Shown: positions 1-13,723, numbered from the stretch's first letter. The stretch is 64,000 nucleotides of DNA from Gracilinanus agilis (GCF_016433145.1 NC_058133.1:349666926-349730925), one strand, 5' to 3'. Made by a program: numbers and translations. The notes: generated from the letters alone by a model not told the origin.

Positions 1-288
1 CCCACATTCAGAGGAAGGACTGCAGAAGAGGAAACATATAAGAAAAACAACTGCTTGAACGCATGGGTCAGGGTGGACATGACTGAGGGTGTAGACTCGA
101 AACTACCACACCAATGCAACTACCAACAATTTGGAAATTGGTCTTGTTCAAGGACACATGACAAAACTAGTGGAAACGCGCATCGGCCAAGGGTGGGGGG
201 GGGCGCGGGGGGGGGGATTGAAGGGGAAAGGGGAGCATGAATCATGTAACCATGTTAAAAATGAATATTAATAAAGGTTAAAAAAATA
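1..288 (+). mobile_element. L1 (LINE-1) 3' UTR end, marsupial L1_Mdo-like
   Basis: G-rich tract (~190-230) followed by 'catgaatcatgtaaccatg...aatattaataaaggttaaaaaaa'. This matches the recalled opossum L1 3' terminus with polyA signal and A tail. Confidence 0.85.
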
Positions 289-1129
289 CTATATCCCTAA
301 TTTCTTTCCTTGTAAGTTTGTTTAAAAGATACACTAAATTCCTTTTGTTTTGGAGACATCATTTGGCCTTGCTCTCAATTGTTTCTCAGCTTGTACACTT
401 TCCCTAACTTTATACCTTTTAAACTATTCACTTTTTAATTCCTTAGATCTGTTTGTAGTTAATTTATTTTTAATAGGTTCTCACCTTTCCCCCAGAAATT
501 TTTGCATATTTATTGTTATTTTGCACTTCAAAACAACTAAGTGAACAAATTCATAATACTAGAATTAATTTATTGATTTATTCAATTAAAATTCAGTCCT
601 TTGAAGCATTGTCCTAGAATGCAGATGTGAGCACAGATAAAATGTTACATGAAGCAATTAAGATAGGAATAAACAAAAATATGCAATTAAATTAATCTGA
701 CATAATATGATTTTATCTAGGGAAAAATTCTCTTTAAAAGCTGCCTCATACTCTAATGGGTAACAACAGAAATCAGAAAAATAGGCCTTTTATAGACAAA
801 TGCAGTCAATGAATCTAATAAATGCTGGTTTGATTGGAGTTACCAGATTTGTGAGCTGTCAGCAATTGCTTTTATGAAACCAAGTCAACATCCTGAATTA
901 AATGAAAAGTAATTCAATTTTCTGAACTGTTCCTTAGTTTTTTTATACTTTTTGGAAATTTCCAGGTGGTCTTCATTGGGATGAAATTTGAAGAATAACT
1001 AGCATTTCTCAGGAAGTGTAGGATTGAAAGAAGAGGAGGAAGTAAATAGAACGGCTAAAATGAATTTTGACCCTCTTGATATGTCAGAGCCAAAATATAC
1101 TCTTGCTTCAAATAATCAAATGGTTCAGT

Positions 1130-1305
1130 GAACTCTCTGGCTTGTATATTCTGTCTTACAATGCTAGACACAATTGATCCATGCCTGTCCATCTCATATG
1201 ACACAGGGAACCGACCCAATACACTGAGGCCCTTCCTCACTTCCTTCTACTCTGGCAAGGGCACTCCTGGAGTGCTCAGTTTATTATTGCCCAGGACCAC
1301 GGTGT
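1130..1305 (-). mobile_element. Degenerate RTE-clade LINE 3' fragment
   Basis: The minus strand reads 'gagcactccagg...gaggaagggcctcagtgtattgggtcggttccctgtg...ggacaggcatgg', resembling the recalled marsupial RTE 3' region ('gagtgctccactgg...aggaaggcctccagcacgttgggtggatcccct...ggacatggac'). Confidence 0.5.
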
Positions 1306-2164
1306 GTTAAAGAAAGTCTACAGTAATTCATTGAGAGGTCTCTTCATAATTAATGATCTTTCAGCAGGTCACTAACAATTGTCTCTCCGTTGGTCACTTT
1401 GCAGATGAAAAATTCTGATGTTTAGGATTTTTAGATTAAAAATATGGCTGGGGATACAAACAAATCTGATGTTTGCAGGAGTAAGGTATTTATATAGAAG
1501 TGAGCTACTTTCTGTCAGATTCCCTTGTAATCACTACTAATTTGCCTTCTCAGTTTAAAGAACAAACATTCAATAAATGCCTTCAGGATGCATTAAACTC
1601 AAAGGCTTAGTACACTGGGTAGGAGACTGAATTTCTTGGCAAGTAACAGACTGTTCTTTTCTCCCTAGTGCAGCCTAAAAGATGGGGGATAGATCTGTGC
1701 ACCTACTCTGATTTCTGTTAGCCATGTTAACCGTGTTTGCAATATCATAATTGAGATTTGAGATTCAAGGCCATCTAAAATTTTTGGAATTCTATTTGAC
1801 TTACCTTAAATAGGGGATGAAAGGTGAGAGACAGAATGGTCCAATGAAATGAAGTGTGAGACTTGATAATGGCTAGAATTCACTTTTAAATAGCCATGTG
1901 AACTCGACCTAAGTCTTCATTTATTTGGTCCCCAGTATTGACATTTGTAAAATAAAAGATTGTATGAGATGTTTTTACAGTATTGTGATCTTATATGTTG
2001 AGGGAGTTAATTGAAAGGACTAAAATTAAATTGCAGAAGGCCATTAGAGGGACATCCCACATGTATAAAAACTTAGTTTTACATATAACCTTTAAGATTT
2101 TCAAACTAATTGACATATCTCCTGTGATCCTTGTAATAAGCCTTGTGGCACAAGTAGTTCATGT

Positions 2165-2290
2165 ATTATTTTCTCTGTTTTACAGATGAGGAAATTGAGG
2201 TTTAAAGAAATGAAATTATTTGCTCATAGTCTATTAGCTATTAGGTGGCCAAGACTTAATGAAGACCCATCTTCTGACTCCAAGAAAGTA
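2165..2290 (-). mobile_element. MIR/CORE SINE fragment
   Basis: 'ttttacagatgaggaaattgagg...' CORE motif. Confidence 0.7.
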
Positions 2291-3544
2291 CTCTTTCTTT
2301 CTCTTGTTGTCTCCATAATACCTTTAAATTGCATCTACATATATATGAAAAAGTATTTATTTTCTAGCAGTTAGCTCTTTTTAATAGTTGGTTTTGTGAC
2401 AGAAATGAATTTATGAAGAAATAAAGACCATCATTTGCATTTGTTTTGAAGCGGTGCATTCAATAAATAAAAATGAAGGAGGAAAAATGTGAGAAACAAT
2501 TAAAATAACAGGAAATACTTTATTAGAACAAAAGGGAGCAGGTTGAGGAAGTAAATGAGATGAGAGAGGTTCACTTGAATGGTGAGCCTCAAAAAGGAAA
2601 GGTTTATCTTTCATCTTTTTTCATAGTTTGAGTTTCTTTAAAATTAATTTGAACAGAAATGTTATTCCATTAGTTTTTCCTCTCTTTCTGTACTTAAGTT
2701 CACTGAATGTTTGTACCTTGTATTGCAATATATTAAAGCACAAACCACTAAATTATTTTTACAACTTTTTGCTCACAGAATTATGTTTTAAAATTAGAGA
2801 AATATTTGATGCCATAGATGGTGAATAGAGATTTTGATGGAATTATTTAGTTCCTTTGGATCAGAATCAGTGATAGAGAGTAATATCTTGCTATAACAAC
2901 TTACTATGAAAAATAAAACTTCATTTTTTATAACTTATCAAAAGAATTAGCAGTGTGGAAGGCATGTGATAGTTTTGAAACAAGGAAAATGTGGTGTCAT
3001 CTCCCACCCAGGAAACACATTGGCTATGTATCTCTGGGAAAGTAATTTAACCTTCTTCAGCCTCGGTTCCCTTATTTGTGGAATAGAACAAAGATTTATG
3101 AGGGTAAGATGACATAAAAACATACGAAACAATTTGCAAGTATTATAGTGCTATATTTGTGGCCTATTATAATACTTTAATTTACCTTTATACTACTGTG
3201 ATATAATAAAATAAAATATGTTTAAGATTTATCTTTATAAAATTTAAGTGAACATCCATACATGTACACCAACACACATACATATATGCATAATATATTA
3301 ATGAAACATATATGTATTTTTATGAATACATGTATGTAAATATGTACACATGCCTTTATTCACATATACATGCTATTTTATAACAATCATTCTAAGCATC
3401 ATATGTAAATATATACACTAGTGTGTGTGTATTCTAGATGTACCTCTAGCATATTTATAAACTATATACATAAAATCAGTATAGGTTCCCAAATAATCAA
3501 ATTGAGTTGTTATCTTGTTAAATTTGGGATTTCCTGCTGATAAG

Positions 3545-3865
3545 TGTAGTGGTAGATTTAGAAGTAAGGTAATTAAGATTAGTTAATAAATAAGGTAATT
3601 AAGATTAGTAAATAAATCATCAAACAATTAATTAATTAATTAATTAATATTAATCAAACAAATTAAATAATAAAAACTAATAAATATAAATTAAATAATA
3701 AAAATAATAAATATAAATTAAAATTAATTACTAGTAAATAAATTAGTAAATAATAAATAAGTGAATTAGTAAATAAAGATTTTGCAAACCTATTTATTTT
3801 ATTAATCTTAATTACCTTATTTATTTACTAATCTTAATTACCTTTCTTCTAAATCTACTACTACA
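3545..3865. mobile_element. Foldback/MITE-like element with ~70-bp TIRs, TGT...ACA ends and 4-bp TSD (TAAG)
   Basis: The left arm (from 3545) and the reverse complement of the right arm (ending 3865) match at 60 of the first 63 nt. TAAG lies at 3541-3544 and 3866-3869. The core is AT-rich. Confidence 0.7.
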
Positions 3866-4279
3866 TAAGGCAGATTCAAACCTGCCCATGGCTGCCAAGC
3901 CTGAGTCATTCTTGTCCATATTTCACATATAAACCCAACGATAATGTGTGTATCTATACACCTATGTGTGTATGCATGTATGTATGTGTGTATACATATA
4001 CATAATCTATCAATCATATATAATTTACATATATATGTATATATTTATAAAATACATTTATAATACATTTATATAAATGATGTTCCAAAAACCTTAATGC
4101 AGTTGAAATTGGCAAAAACTTACATTTGAACTGACTTTTGTACTGAACTCCTAGATGTACACACGCACATAAAACACACATGTATACATATGCATTAAAT
4201 ATATACCAGTATATGTATGTCTCTATGTACATATGTGTCTATCTTCCTCTGTCTCATCAATTAACAGATTGTGTCAGAC

Positions 4280-4735
4280 GATGGGAAAAAAATAGCTCTT
4301 GGAGCCAATAACCCAGTTTTGAGTCCTGGCTCTGAAATTTAAGAGTTATAGCACCCTGGATAAATGCCATTATTTTTTTTGAGGCTTTGCTACTTTATCA
4401 TAAAATGTGGATCCTAACCCTTCACCCATCTTTCAGTGTTGTTCTAAAAACACTCTATGAACCTTAAAATATTACATGTGAGATTACCATTATTATTGTT
4501 CTCTCTCATATATAATACATTAGATTTTAGAAGCAACATGCCATAGTAGTTCAAATGTTGGCCATGGTGCGAGAAAGACGTGACTTGGATGTGTTCTTGC
4601 TTTAGTCATTTAAGTTCTTTCTGCTCCAGTTTCCCCATCTATAAAATGGGATGAGCAATAACTATATTACTGACCTCCCATGGCCATTACAAGACTCATA
4701 GGAGATAATACATGTAAAGCGCTTTGCCAACCCTA
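4280..4735 (+). mobile_element. Two adjacent MIR SINE remnants
   Basis: CORE motifs such as 'gagtcctggctctg' and 'cagtttccccatctataaaatgggatg...aaagcgctttg'. Confidence 0.6.
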
Positions 4736-6044
4736 AAGTGTGATAATAAAAGCCAGTTATCATTATCACATTCCTCAATTCCAGGTCCTGCATGTCATGA
4801 AGAAAAATAATAGCAATTTTATCCATTCATTTTCTGAAAGGTTAAGAATGCTGCAAATTCTTTCTTTTGACAAACTCACAATTGTCCAAAGTCTTTATGG
4901 TTTGTGGTCTAGTCATTTTCCCGAGTCAACTTGCAGCTGTGTTTTTGTAACTAGCAGGCAAAGCTACTATTTTATCTCAGTGTTGTGTTTTCAATGACTT
5001 TTCATCACTAACTGAATAGCACCCGGAGTAGAGGAGTTGTTAAAGAGATATACCCTCAGAGCTCGGCAGAATACACTCATGACTTAAAGCCCTAGGTAAT
5101 CATTCGTGACCATGTCCTTTACTTATTTATATTTATTCTTTGAACCAATGGGATAATGTTCTAAAGGAAGATATAGGAAGAGGAAATTATTAGAATAACT
5201 AAGAGCCATCAAGTAGGCCAATATTAAATAATAAGACCTTCAATAGGCTGTAATAAAATTACATTAAGTCTTTGGAATTCAGTGGGCAGTTAAAAGCTCT
5301 AATGGTGGTGCACCATGCTGGGAGAACATTCATTTTAGTTAGAATTTCTTATGTGGGGGGTGATGGCACATTATAATAGGAATAGCTCTGCTAAGTACAT
5401 GGATATTTTGTGCCAGAAATTGAGAAGATTAAGGCCCCTTATACCAGATAACGGCTCACTGGAGGAATGTAATAGTGGTAAAGTAAAATCTGAAAACAGA
5501 TGATTTCCTATTTAATAGTCCATTGACTTTCTTCCTAGAGTCATCAGCTCCGTAGTGATGGCTATGCTTTTTATTTTCATTTCACAATCAAGCCCAAGCT
5601 GTTTAGATATAGCTTGAGATTTTTTTTATTCCCATCATAGAAAGGTTTCCTGTATTAAACTTAGATGCTTCTGTACCTTGGCTCAGGTTACTCTTTTCAG
5701 TTAGGTTTTCATGATAAAGTGGTTGCCTTTGAATAGATGCTGGTAGTTCTTCTCTTCAATAGGCAGATTCCTACTGTCTACTATAAATTAAAATATTACT
5801 GATAGGGATCAATGTATAGAAAAGCCTAAAACACTTCAACCATTAAAGTTTTATCTTCAGTTAATAAGAGTTTACCATTGAGGTTTATGTTCTAGACATA
5901 TTCCCCCTTATCTTCTGACTCTACTTGAAAGAAATGACAAGATCTTATAATTCATTTGTTAAAGCTGTATTTTTTGCCCCATTTTGTGTAAACTGCACCA
6001 TCTGCAGAGGGCAAGCTGTTGCTTAACTTAGATATCTATATAAT

Positions 6045-6240
6045 GCACCTAACCGTGAGTTAGAATCAGGAGACCTGGGTTCATATCCTGGACCCCCACT
6101 TAGTAACTGTGAGGACATGTCATTTACTCTCTGAGGCACATTTTTCCCATCTGTCAAACTGGGCTAAAAATACTTGGGATATATATCTCACTGTTGTTAA
6201 AGGGAGAGTGTTTGGTAAATCTTAAAGTGCCAGACAAATG
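6045..6240 (+). mobile_element. MIR SINE
   Basis: 'tagaatcaggagacctgggttca...tctctgaggcacatttttcccatctgtcaaactggg'. Confidence 0.65.
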
Positions 6241-7369
6241 TGAATTGATTTTATGGTTAGAATTTCAATGAAGTGTATCAAGAGCTTTTTCCCTTGGATT
6301 TTTAAAGTCCCTTTTACTGCAGTAAAACCTTTTTTTAAAATTAAAGACTTTAAAATATTTTACATTTTTCTTTGCCAAAAACTTAATGTAACTATAAACA
6401 GATTCCAAAATGTTTCTTGAATATATACATATTCAAGGAAGGGGAGTTTTGGGGCAGACTTCTTTAGTATAAGAAATTCTCAGGTATGGAAACTCCCTCT
6501 AACAAAGAAAATGGTTCAGTGGTATGCAACTTGGATCTTTCAGCGTTGCTTGAACCAGTATTTCAAGAGTCTAAGAGATTTTTACTAAGTCACACAGCCA
6601 GAGGCAGCTACTGAATCCAACTTCCCTTGACTAAAGGATCAGCTCTCTATCTGCTGTAATACTGAATAAATAATATATTATGGAAATTTACATTTTTTTC
6701 AACATAATGTAAGATAAGTCACTTGCATATTATCTAATTTTAAAAAGGTCTAATATCTTGCTTTAAAGCAGTTTAAATATAGCACAGAAAAGAAAAAAAA
6801 AAGCAGGAAATAATCTGAACCCACTTCTAGTTGCCAGACAAGTAGTTGTATAGCAAAAGAAAAACCATAGGACCTGGTTACAGAAATGGGTTTAAGATAG
6901 GGTTTAACTATTTAAAGAAGCATTGTGATTTTCACCTCTTTGAACCTCAGTCTCTTTGTATATAGTGTTACTTCATATTTTGTGTATTTGGTCAGCCAAG
7001 TAGTTTACCTGTAAATTTCAGAAGTCAAGGATGACAAAATTAAGAGGTCAATCAGTCAATCAATAAGTATTTATTCTAGGCCATGTTATGGCATACCTAG
7101 AATGCTGGGGATACAAATCAAGAGCAAAACCATTTCCTGTCTCAAGGAATTTACATTGTAATGGTGGAACTACTATATTTAAATTAGAATGTTTCTATTT
7201 GGGAGACAGAAAACTAACGCACCAATAATAAATTACTCAAGGCCACAATTTGACAGCTGGACTAGAAACTACATATTCTTAATTTTTCCATCAGACTCTT
7301 CCTTTTTCATGACAATTTTTTGCTTCTCTATTATGATGTCTCATTGAAACTTTAAAAAAGAATTGTCAA

Positions 7370-7555
7370 GGGGCCAGCTGGGTAGCTCAGTGGATTGAGA
7401 GCCAGGCCTAGAGACGGGAGGTCCTAGGTTCAAATATGGCCTCAGACACTTCCCAGCTGTGTGACCCTGGGCAAGTCACTTGTCCCCCATTGTCTACCCT
7501 TACCACTCTCCCACCTGTGAGTCAATGCACAGAAGTTAAGGGTTTAAAATTAAAA
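7370..7555 (+). mobile_element. SINE1_Mdo-type tRNA-derived SINE, full length
   Basis: Starts 'ggggccagctgggtagctcagtgg' (A box) and has 'ggttcaaat' (B box) and an A tail. 16-bp TSD AAAAAAGAATTGTCAA at 7354-7369 and 7556-7571. Confidence 0.93.
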
Positions 7556-7842
7556 AAAAAAGAATTGTCAATCTTCCAGATTCTTATTTGTGGCCCCTCA
7601 AAACTCATCATTTTGTCTCATGTGTAGCTTTTGCTGTAGCTTCATCTGATAAGTGACTGTTTTGTGGCTGCTAGATTTAATATGACCTGATTTCATTGGG
7701 TTTAGTGTTTGTATATGGATTTGTAATGTTTGTAAATTGTAAGAGTATTTTAAAGTAAGCAAATAAAGTAAATAATCATAATAGTGTTATATAATATTCA
7801 AATAATTGGGCATATCCTTTTCTTTTTTAAAAAGTTATAAGA

Positions 7843-8035
7843 GGGGGCAGCTGGGTAGCTCAGTGGATTGAGAGTCAGCCCTAGAGACAGGAGGTCCTAG
7901 GTTCAAATCTGGCCTCAGACACTCCCCAGCTGTGTGACTCTGGGCAAGTCACTTGACCCCCATTGCCCACCCTTACCAATCTTCCACCTATGAGACAATA
8001 CACCGAAGTACAAGGGTTAAAAAAAAAGATTGAAA
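7843..8035 (+). mobile_element. SINE1_Mdo-type SINE, full length
   Basis: Consensus head and A tail. TSD AAAAAGTTATAAGA at 7829-7842 and 8036-8049. Confidence 0.93.
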
Positions 8036-8549
8036 AAAAAGTTATAAGAAAATGTTTCAGTCTCCATGTGGTCCACCTAACTTAGCCTTACTATAAACAA
8101 TTTTCCACATAATTCACTGAATGAGAGACTATTGATGAATCAGTTTAAAATCATAGTCACTACTGTATGAACTCTAAATTTTCAACCTGCTGACAAGTGG
8201 GTCAATTGTATCAAATGACAAACAACTCTAGGTGTGACACAGAACTCATTAAATTCAACAATAATCATTTTCTTTGCAGGTATATAATTTCACTATCAAC
8301 TGCAAAAGTAATCTTTCCAAATACATGCAAATAAGAGATAGTATTTATAATGTCTGCTATAGTTATAACAACTTTCAACCATGAGTCATGTCAGCTAAAA
8401 TGACAAACGCATCCATTCTAAAGTCTATAATAAAGAACATTACTTCAAAAATCTCCAAGTGAGCGTAGATTGCATGATATCTAGAGATATAATTTGAGTA
8501 TGTCGATTACTAGAAACTTGAAAATATATTTAGCTATTTTTTTTTCTAG

Positions 8550-8595
8550 GTCATGGAATCATTTCAATTGCTGTCATTGCATCTTCTGATAAACA
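8550..8595 (+). CDS. Candidate 46-nt exon, product unknown
   Basis: Acceptor 'tatttttttttctag|G' and donor 'ACA|gtgagc'. Two frames are open (GHGIISIAVIASSDK or VMESFQLLSLHLLIN). No homologue recognised. Confidence 0.25.
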
Positions 8596-9990
8596 GTGAG
8601 CGATACCTGTGAAGTGTGCATGAAACTCAAATGTCCCAGGTTCATCATGTCATGTAATATGGAATGAATCCCAATTCTGATAAGGATTCATAATGTATTA
8701 ACTATTTTTGAAGGTCAAAAATGGGAGAGGTTAATGAAAGCCTTCTTTATCTTTATAATTTAACTTATGATACAATTCTACAAGCAAGAATTCATAGAAA
8801 GAAGAATTTGAGGTGGATTGTATTTCAGAAATTGCTCAGTGCTATCAATAATACCAAGTTGCTTACCATTCTTAAATTCTATCCTTTTTATGCTGATATC
8901 CTCCTGCTCCTGCCATATGTCTATGAATCATGAAATGTAATATTCTCACAAAAATCAGAATTTCAGGTGATCCAAAGGATGAGGGAAAAATGTATATTGG
9001 ATATAAGTGGGCTGTAGTTTATCAACAACGATAACCTGTAGTTTGAAAAGGGGGTCTATGAAAAATCATCTAAGAAGTTTGAAAAAGGAGTTTGATTACA
9101 TTAGTGAGTTTGGGTCATAATAGATTGACAAATTGCTGATATAATCTATATAGAGGATTTATACACATGTATAAAATTGAATAGGATGAGAAAATATGTG
9201 TGTGAGTTATAAACTATATCAGTGGAAGGAATATCCATACTTATCTCAAGTCTATTAAAATATTGAGGTTTTATTCTTTTTTTTGTTTTACAGGGAATAG
9301 AACCCACTAATGATAAGGTCTAGAAATATGATTTAATTGGCTCAAGGAACTCAAAGATGAAGAAACTTCCACTACCAAAGTAGATAAACACTTAATTTTT
9401 AAACTGTATTCTAAGCAAATTGCATAGAGCAGTAAGAGATTAAATGATATACCTATATGTATCAAAAGTGGGACTTGAACCCATGTCTTCCTGATTCCAA
9501 ACACATCTCTCTACAACTACCACCATGCTGATTCTTTGCTAATATATTACAAATAATTCCACAATGCTATCCTTCTCTCTTTTTATCATTCCCTTTCTTC
9601 CTTTGGCTTCCCAAATGGGAGTAGAGGTTCTCATGGCAAATAAGTAGCATCAGATTTTCCTGAATTTACCTTAAAACTTAAGAACACTTTTCCAACCAAG
9701 GACTCCAATACTAATATATTTTATTTCTAATTGTCTATCATATGAAAAACATTAATCTTATGATAAGGATATAATATGTTTTTTTCTTCACAATGAATTT
9801 GAAGTTTTTCTTATTTGAGATTTCATGCCTTTGATAATTTTAGGCTAAAACAGAAATGCAAATTTCTTTAACATCATAGTATGAACAAAAAGGGGCTGAA
9901 GAAATTTTATAAAATAAAAATAATAGCACTTTACTCACAGTTCACCTATGTTAAATATAGCTTGTATTAATATTCCCATTTTAATCATGG

Positions 9991-9996
<6 letters not shown>

Positions 9997-10050
<54 letters not shown>

Positions 10051-10068
10051 AGAGAGAGTGAGAGAGAG
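9997..10068. repeat. (GA)n microsatellite
   Basis: Direct reading of a long gagaga run with two small interruptions. Confidence 0.97.
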
Positions 10069-11629
10069 ATTATGAATAATAGATCATCATCATACATATA
10101 ACAAATGTTGGAGCTAAGTCTTGAATTCAGGTCTTCTTATTCTGAATCCGATTTTCTTTCCACTATGTTAGTCTCCTGTTTTTAAGCAAAAAAAAATCTT
10201 TAGGATACAAATGCTATTATTAAGAGCACTAATAAGATGTTCCACTGTCAATTTTGGGAAAATTGAAATAAAATAATTAATCTCTCACAAGGAGCAGGTC
10301 TATAAATATCACTGCATTATTTTTTGACTTACTAGAAATGCAAACTAGAAATAATGCTTATTACCTTTCCAAATTTTATTAATTGAGATAGTTGTAGTTG
10401 AGAGAACAAGATTCAAATTGTGAATTTTTGGATAAAGAATTCTTATAATTAGGATTTTATTTCTATTAATCTGGAAAGTTAAACTCAATAGAATTTTAAA
10501 GTTGGCAAATATCTTAGACTTTCTCATTTAATATATTCATGTATGTATTGGATGCTACTATTTGCATCCCTCCAAGGTTAATACTTTATGTTCCACATAA
10601 ACTGGATTTAACAGATTGCAAATTTATCAAGTACTTATGATATACCAGACACTTTGCTAAGCACTCAAAACATAAATACAAGTAAACAAGATAGTTCCTA
10701 CCTTCAAGGATCTTCTATATTAATGGGGGAAGGCAGAAGAGCAGGAAAGAGTGTTTAAGAAGGGACAAGACAGTTGGTAAGGAGATAAATAAATCTAGAA
10801 TTTGAATCAAACTGAGAATGAAATGAGCATGATTGGGACTTCTTCTGATTAATAGCTGCCCATTAATCTCTCCTTTTTGTGCATATCCATATAGGCCATC
10901 TTATATCTTTGGAAAATGTTTTCTCCCCTTATCTATTTGTTACAATTCTTTTCTTTATTTTTTTCACAGACTATGTAAATTCTGTGACATCTTTTCCCTA
11001 AAGCCTTCCCTGATTTCCTGTAACAATGTAGTGTTTCTTTCTTTTTAAACACTTGCTTTCTGTCTTAGTAACAATTCTAATACAAAAGAGCAAGGGCTAG
11101 GAAAATTGGGTTAATAGGCTTGCCCAGCAACACACAAATTCATCCCGGTTTTCCTGTCTGCTAATGACATTTTTTTGAACTAAGGATGTTTTCAAGTAAG
11201 CCTACAAAAATAACCTTACAAACTAATAGTTTAATTCAACTACGAAAAGGTAGTTATTTTTTCTATTCATCCATATGATATTGAAGAAGAAATTAAATAG
11301 CAGGAGGATAATTTGTCCCAGGATCATTTTTATCTGAAGCCAGTAAAAATATTTTATTATTATTATTATTATTATTATCCTATATATACTATATTAAATA
11401 TAATATTAATCACCATCATAGTGTTATTATAAATAACATTTAAATAGAACTCTCTGGTTTACAAAATGTGTTTCTTACCCTGTGAAACTAATGGAGGTTA
11501 CAAGACTGATCCATATTCAGAGTTTGTAAGTGTTATACCTAAAGTTTAAATACTAGTTCCTTTAATTCCAAGTCTAACATTATTTCTTCAAGATTACATT
11601 AGTTTTGCATGAATGAGAATGCAACTAAA

Positions 11630-12521
11630 TGTTGTAATAAAGGGGTAAATGTGGCTGATAACAGGGGAACTGGTGGTATAAGTGAGTCACCTGGCCAGGG
11701 AGCCTACATCTACTGTAACTGATGATTTGTGACTGCCAAGGACGTGTTGCCTGAGCTGTGATGCCCAGTCAGTCTCCCTGCTATTTGTAGGCTCCCTGTT
11801 AAGGCAGAGAATGAGGAGCCCCTCCCTGCTGGAGAGAAAGCAGTAACCAACAGGAAGTGAAGCTCGCACACTTCCTAAATAAAATGGATGCTTGGCCAGT
11901 ACCTCCTTGAAGTCGAGTACTATTACTATTCTCCCCTCTCCTCAGCCCCTTAGCCTAGGTTGACGATATACTTAACTACAGAAGCTCACAGATTCAGGCT
12001 AAGGGTTTATTTAAACACAGGAGGGAAAACTGAGGAAAAAGGTTTTAGGGTCTGGAGAAGCTGTTGCTAAGGGTGACTGGCCAGTGTTGGCAATAGACCT
12101 AGAAGGTAAGATTAGGCTGAGGGAACCAGCCCCTCAGCCAGGGATAATTTCCACTGCCCTGTTGTTAAGTTATCCACCAGCTAGACAGATGAGGTTGATG
12201 ATTTGGTTTAGGGGTGTCCCTGTTGCTAGGCTGACCTAATCTAATTTCCTACCCACAATCCACCACCCACACTTCCCTTCAACCTCCCTTCAACCTCCCG
12301 GTGTCTTCAAGGGGAAGTCAAGGGGTAGCTGGATGTCTGAGTGAGGTCAAGGAAATCAGAACCCCCAGGTTGGTTCTGCAGGGGTATTTATAGTCCCAGC
12401 TCAAACTATCAGGTCTTGGGACTGGCACCTCCTGGGCCAAAGTTCCATTCTCCTAACTGCCAGGATTGCCTAGGGTAATTTGCAAATGCAAGAGATCTTG
12501 CATAAATCCTGCATTACAACA
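11630..12521 (-). mobile_element. Solo ERV-type LTR (~890 bp)
   Basis: TGTTGTAAT...ATTACAACA inverted termini. Minus-strand TATA (plus 'ggtatttatag', ~12383) and AATAAA (plus 'tttatt', ~12007). Homologous along its length to 13724-14635. No clear TSD. Confidence 0.8.
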
Positions 12522-13049
12522 TGCACTTGCTTCTGAGATTCTGGGAATCAGAAGACTTGAGTTCAAAGAGCAGCTCTTTTACTTAATACTTTTGTGACCT
12601 TGTACCTGGCATATTATCTTTTTTTGGCATCATTTTTGCTACCTGTAAAATAAGAAAGCTAGATTAGATGATGAAAAAAAGTCCTTTCTAGCTGTAAATC
12701 TTTTGAATAAACGAATGAATGTAGCAATCACTCAAATCAATTAGCATTTATTAAGTGACTACCATATGCCAGGGACTGAATATAAAGGCAAAAATGAAAT
12801 TTTCTCTGGCCTCAAAAATCTATGCATATGAAATTTGCATAAGCTTCCTATTGGCATTTAAATCATTCAAGTAATTTATACAGCAAATATTTTTGAGTGT
12901 TCACTATTCTAGAAGTTTTGACAGTAGCAAATATAAATAAGCATATTCCTATCCTTCTAGGAGCTTTTAGTTTGGGAATGAGGAAAAGATAAAGACAGAT
13001 AAATATAACATAATGAAGATTATTATAAGCAATTATAAAACAAATATAC

Positions 13050-13723
13050 AGTTTTATATAGTATGATCATTTGTTTAAAAATTCAATCATTTTTTGAGAT
13101 TACAAGTTAATACAATTTAGAATATTCATTTTCAGAAAATTTGAAATCCATATTCTTCCCTCTTTTTCACCTCTTCTACCTCCCCAAGAACTTAGGTAAT
13201 ATGATAAAGGTTGTGAGTATGTTATTTTACAATGTATACTTCCATGTTCATCATATTGTAAAACGAGACACATATTACTTACACTAGAAAAATTTAATAG
13301 GGGTAATAAAGTCAAGAATAGTATGCTTCAATGTACATTTGGGCTCTGTCAGTTCTTTCGATGGCAGTGGATAGCTTTTTCCATCTTGAGTTCATTAGAA
13401 TTGTCCTAGAACCTTGCCTTGATAATAGTTATGTCATTCACAGTTGATGATCATACACTACTATTGTTATTGTGTACAGCATTTTGCTGGTTCTGCTCAC
13501 TTCACTTTGTATCACTTCATATAAGTCTTTTCAGATTTTTCTGTGATCATCTTGTCCATCATTTCTTATGGCACAGTAGTTTTCCATTCCCGATCATTAG
13601 CACAATTTGTTCAACCATTCCCCAATTGAGGGAAATACCTTCAGTTTCAAATTATTTGCCACTGAAAAAGGAGCTGCTATAAATATTTTTCCTTTCACCC
13701 CTATCTTTAACTCTTTGGGATAC
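13050..13723 (-). mobile_element. L1 3' region (part 1, interrupted by LTR insertion)
   Basis: Typical antisense marsupial L1 text ('gtggatagctttttccatc...gatcatcatac...ccaattgagg...ctgctataaatatt...ctctttgggatac'). It resumes at 15715. Confidence 0.85.

Noticed and set aside
1055-1240. 61-aa ORF with protein-like composition (…QAREFTEPFDYLKQEY…)
   Set aside because: It overlaps an RTE-like remnant, starts at GTG just after a stop, and lacks good splice sites.
1799-1837. Minus-strand polypyrimidine-AAG|GTAAGT, resembling a recursive splice site
   Set aside because: The acceptor is AAG rather than YAG and the tract overlaps a MIR-like head, so it is probably chance.
7370-8035. tRNA genes (A and B boxes present)
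   Set aside because: These are SINE heads with CORE and tail sequence and TSDs; there is no complete cloverleaf.
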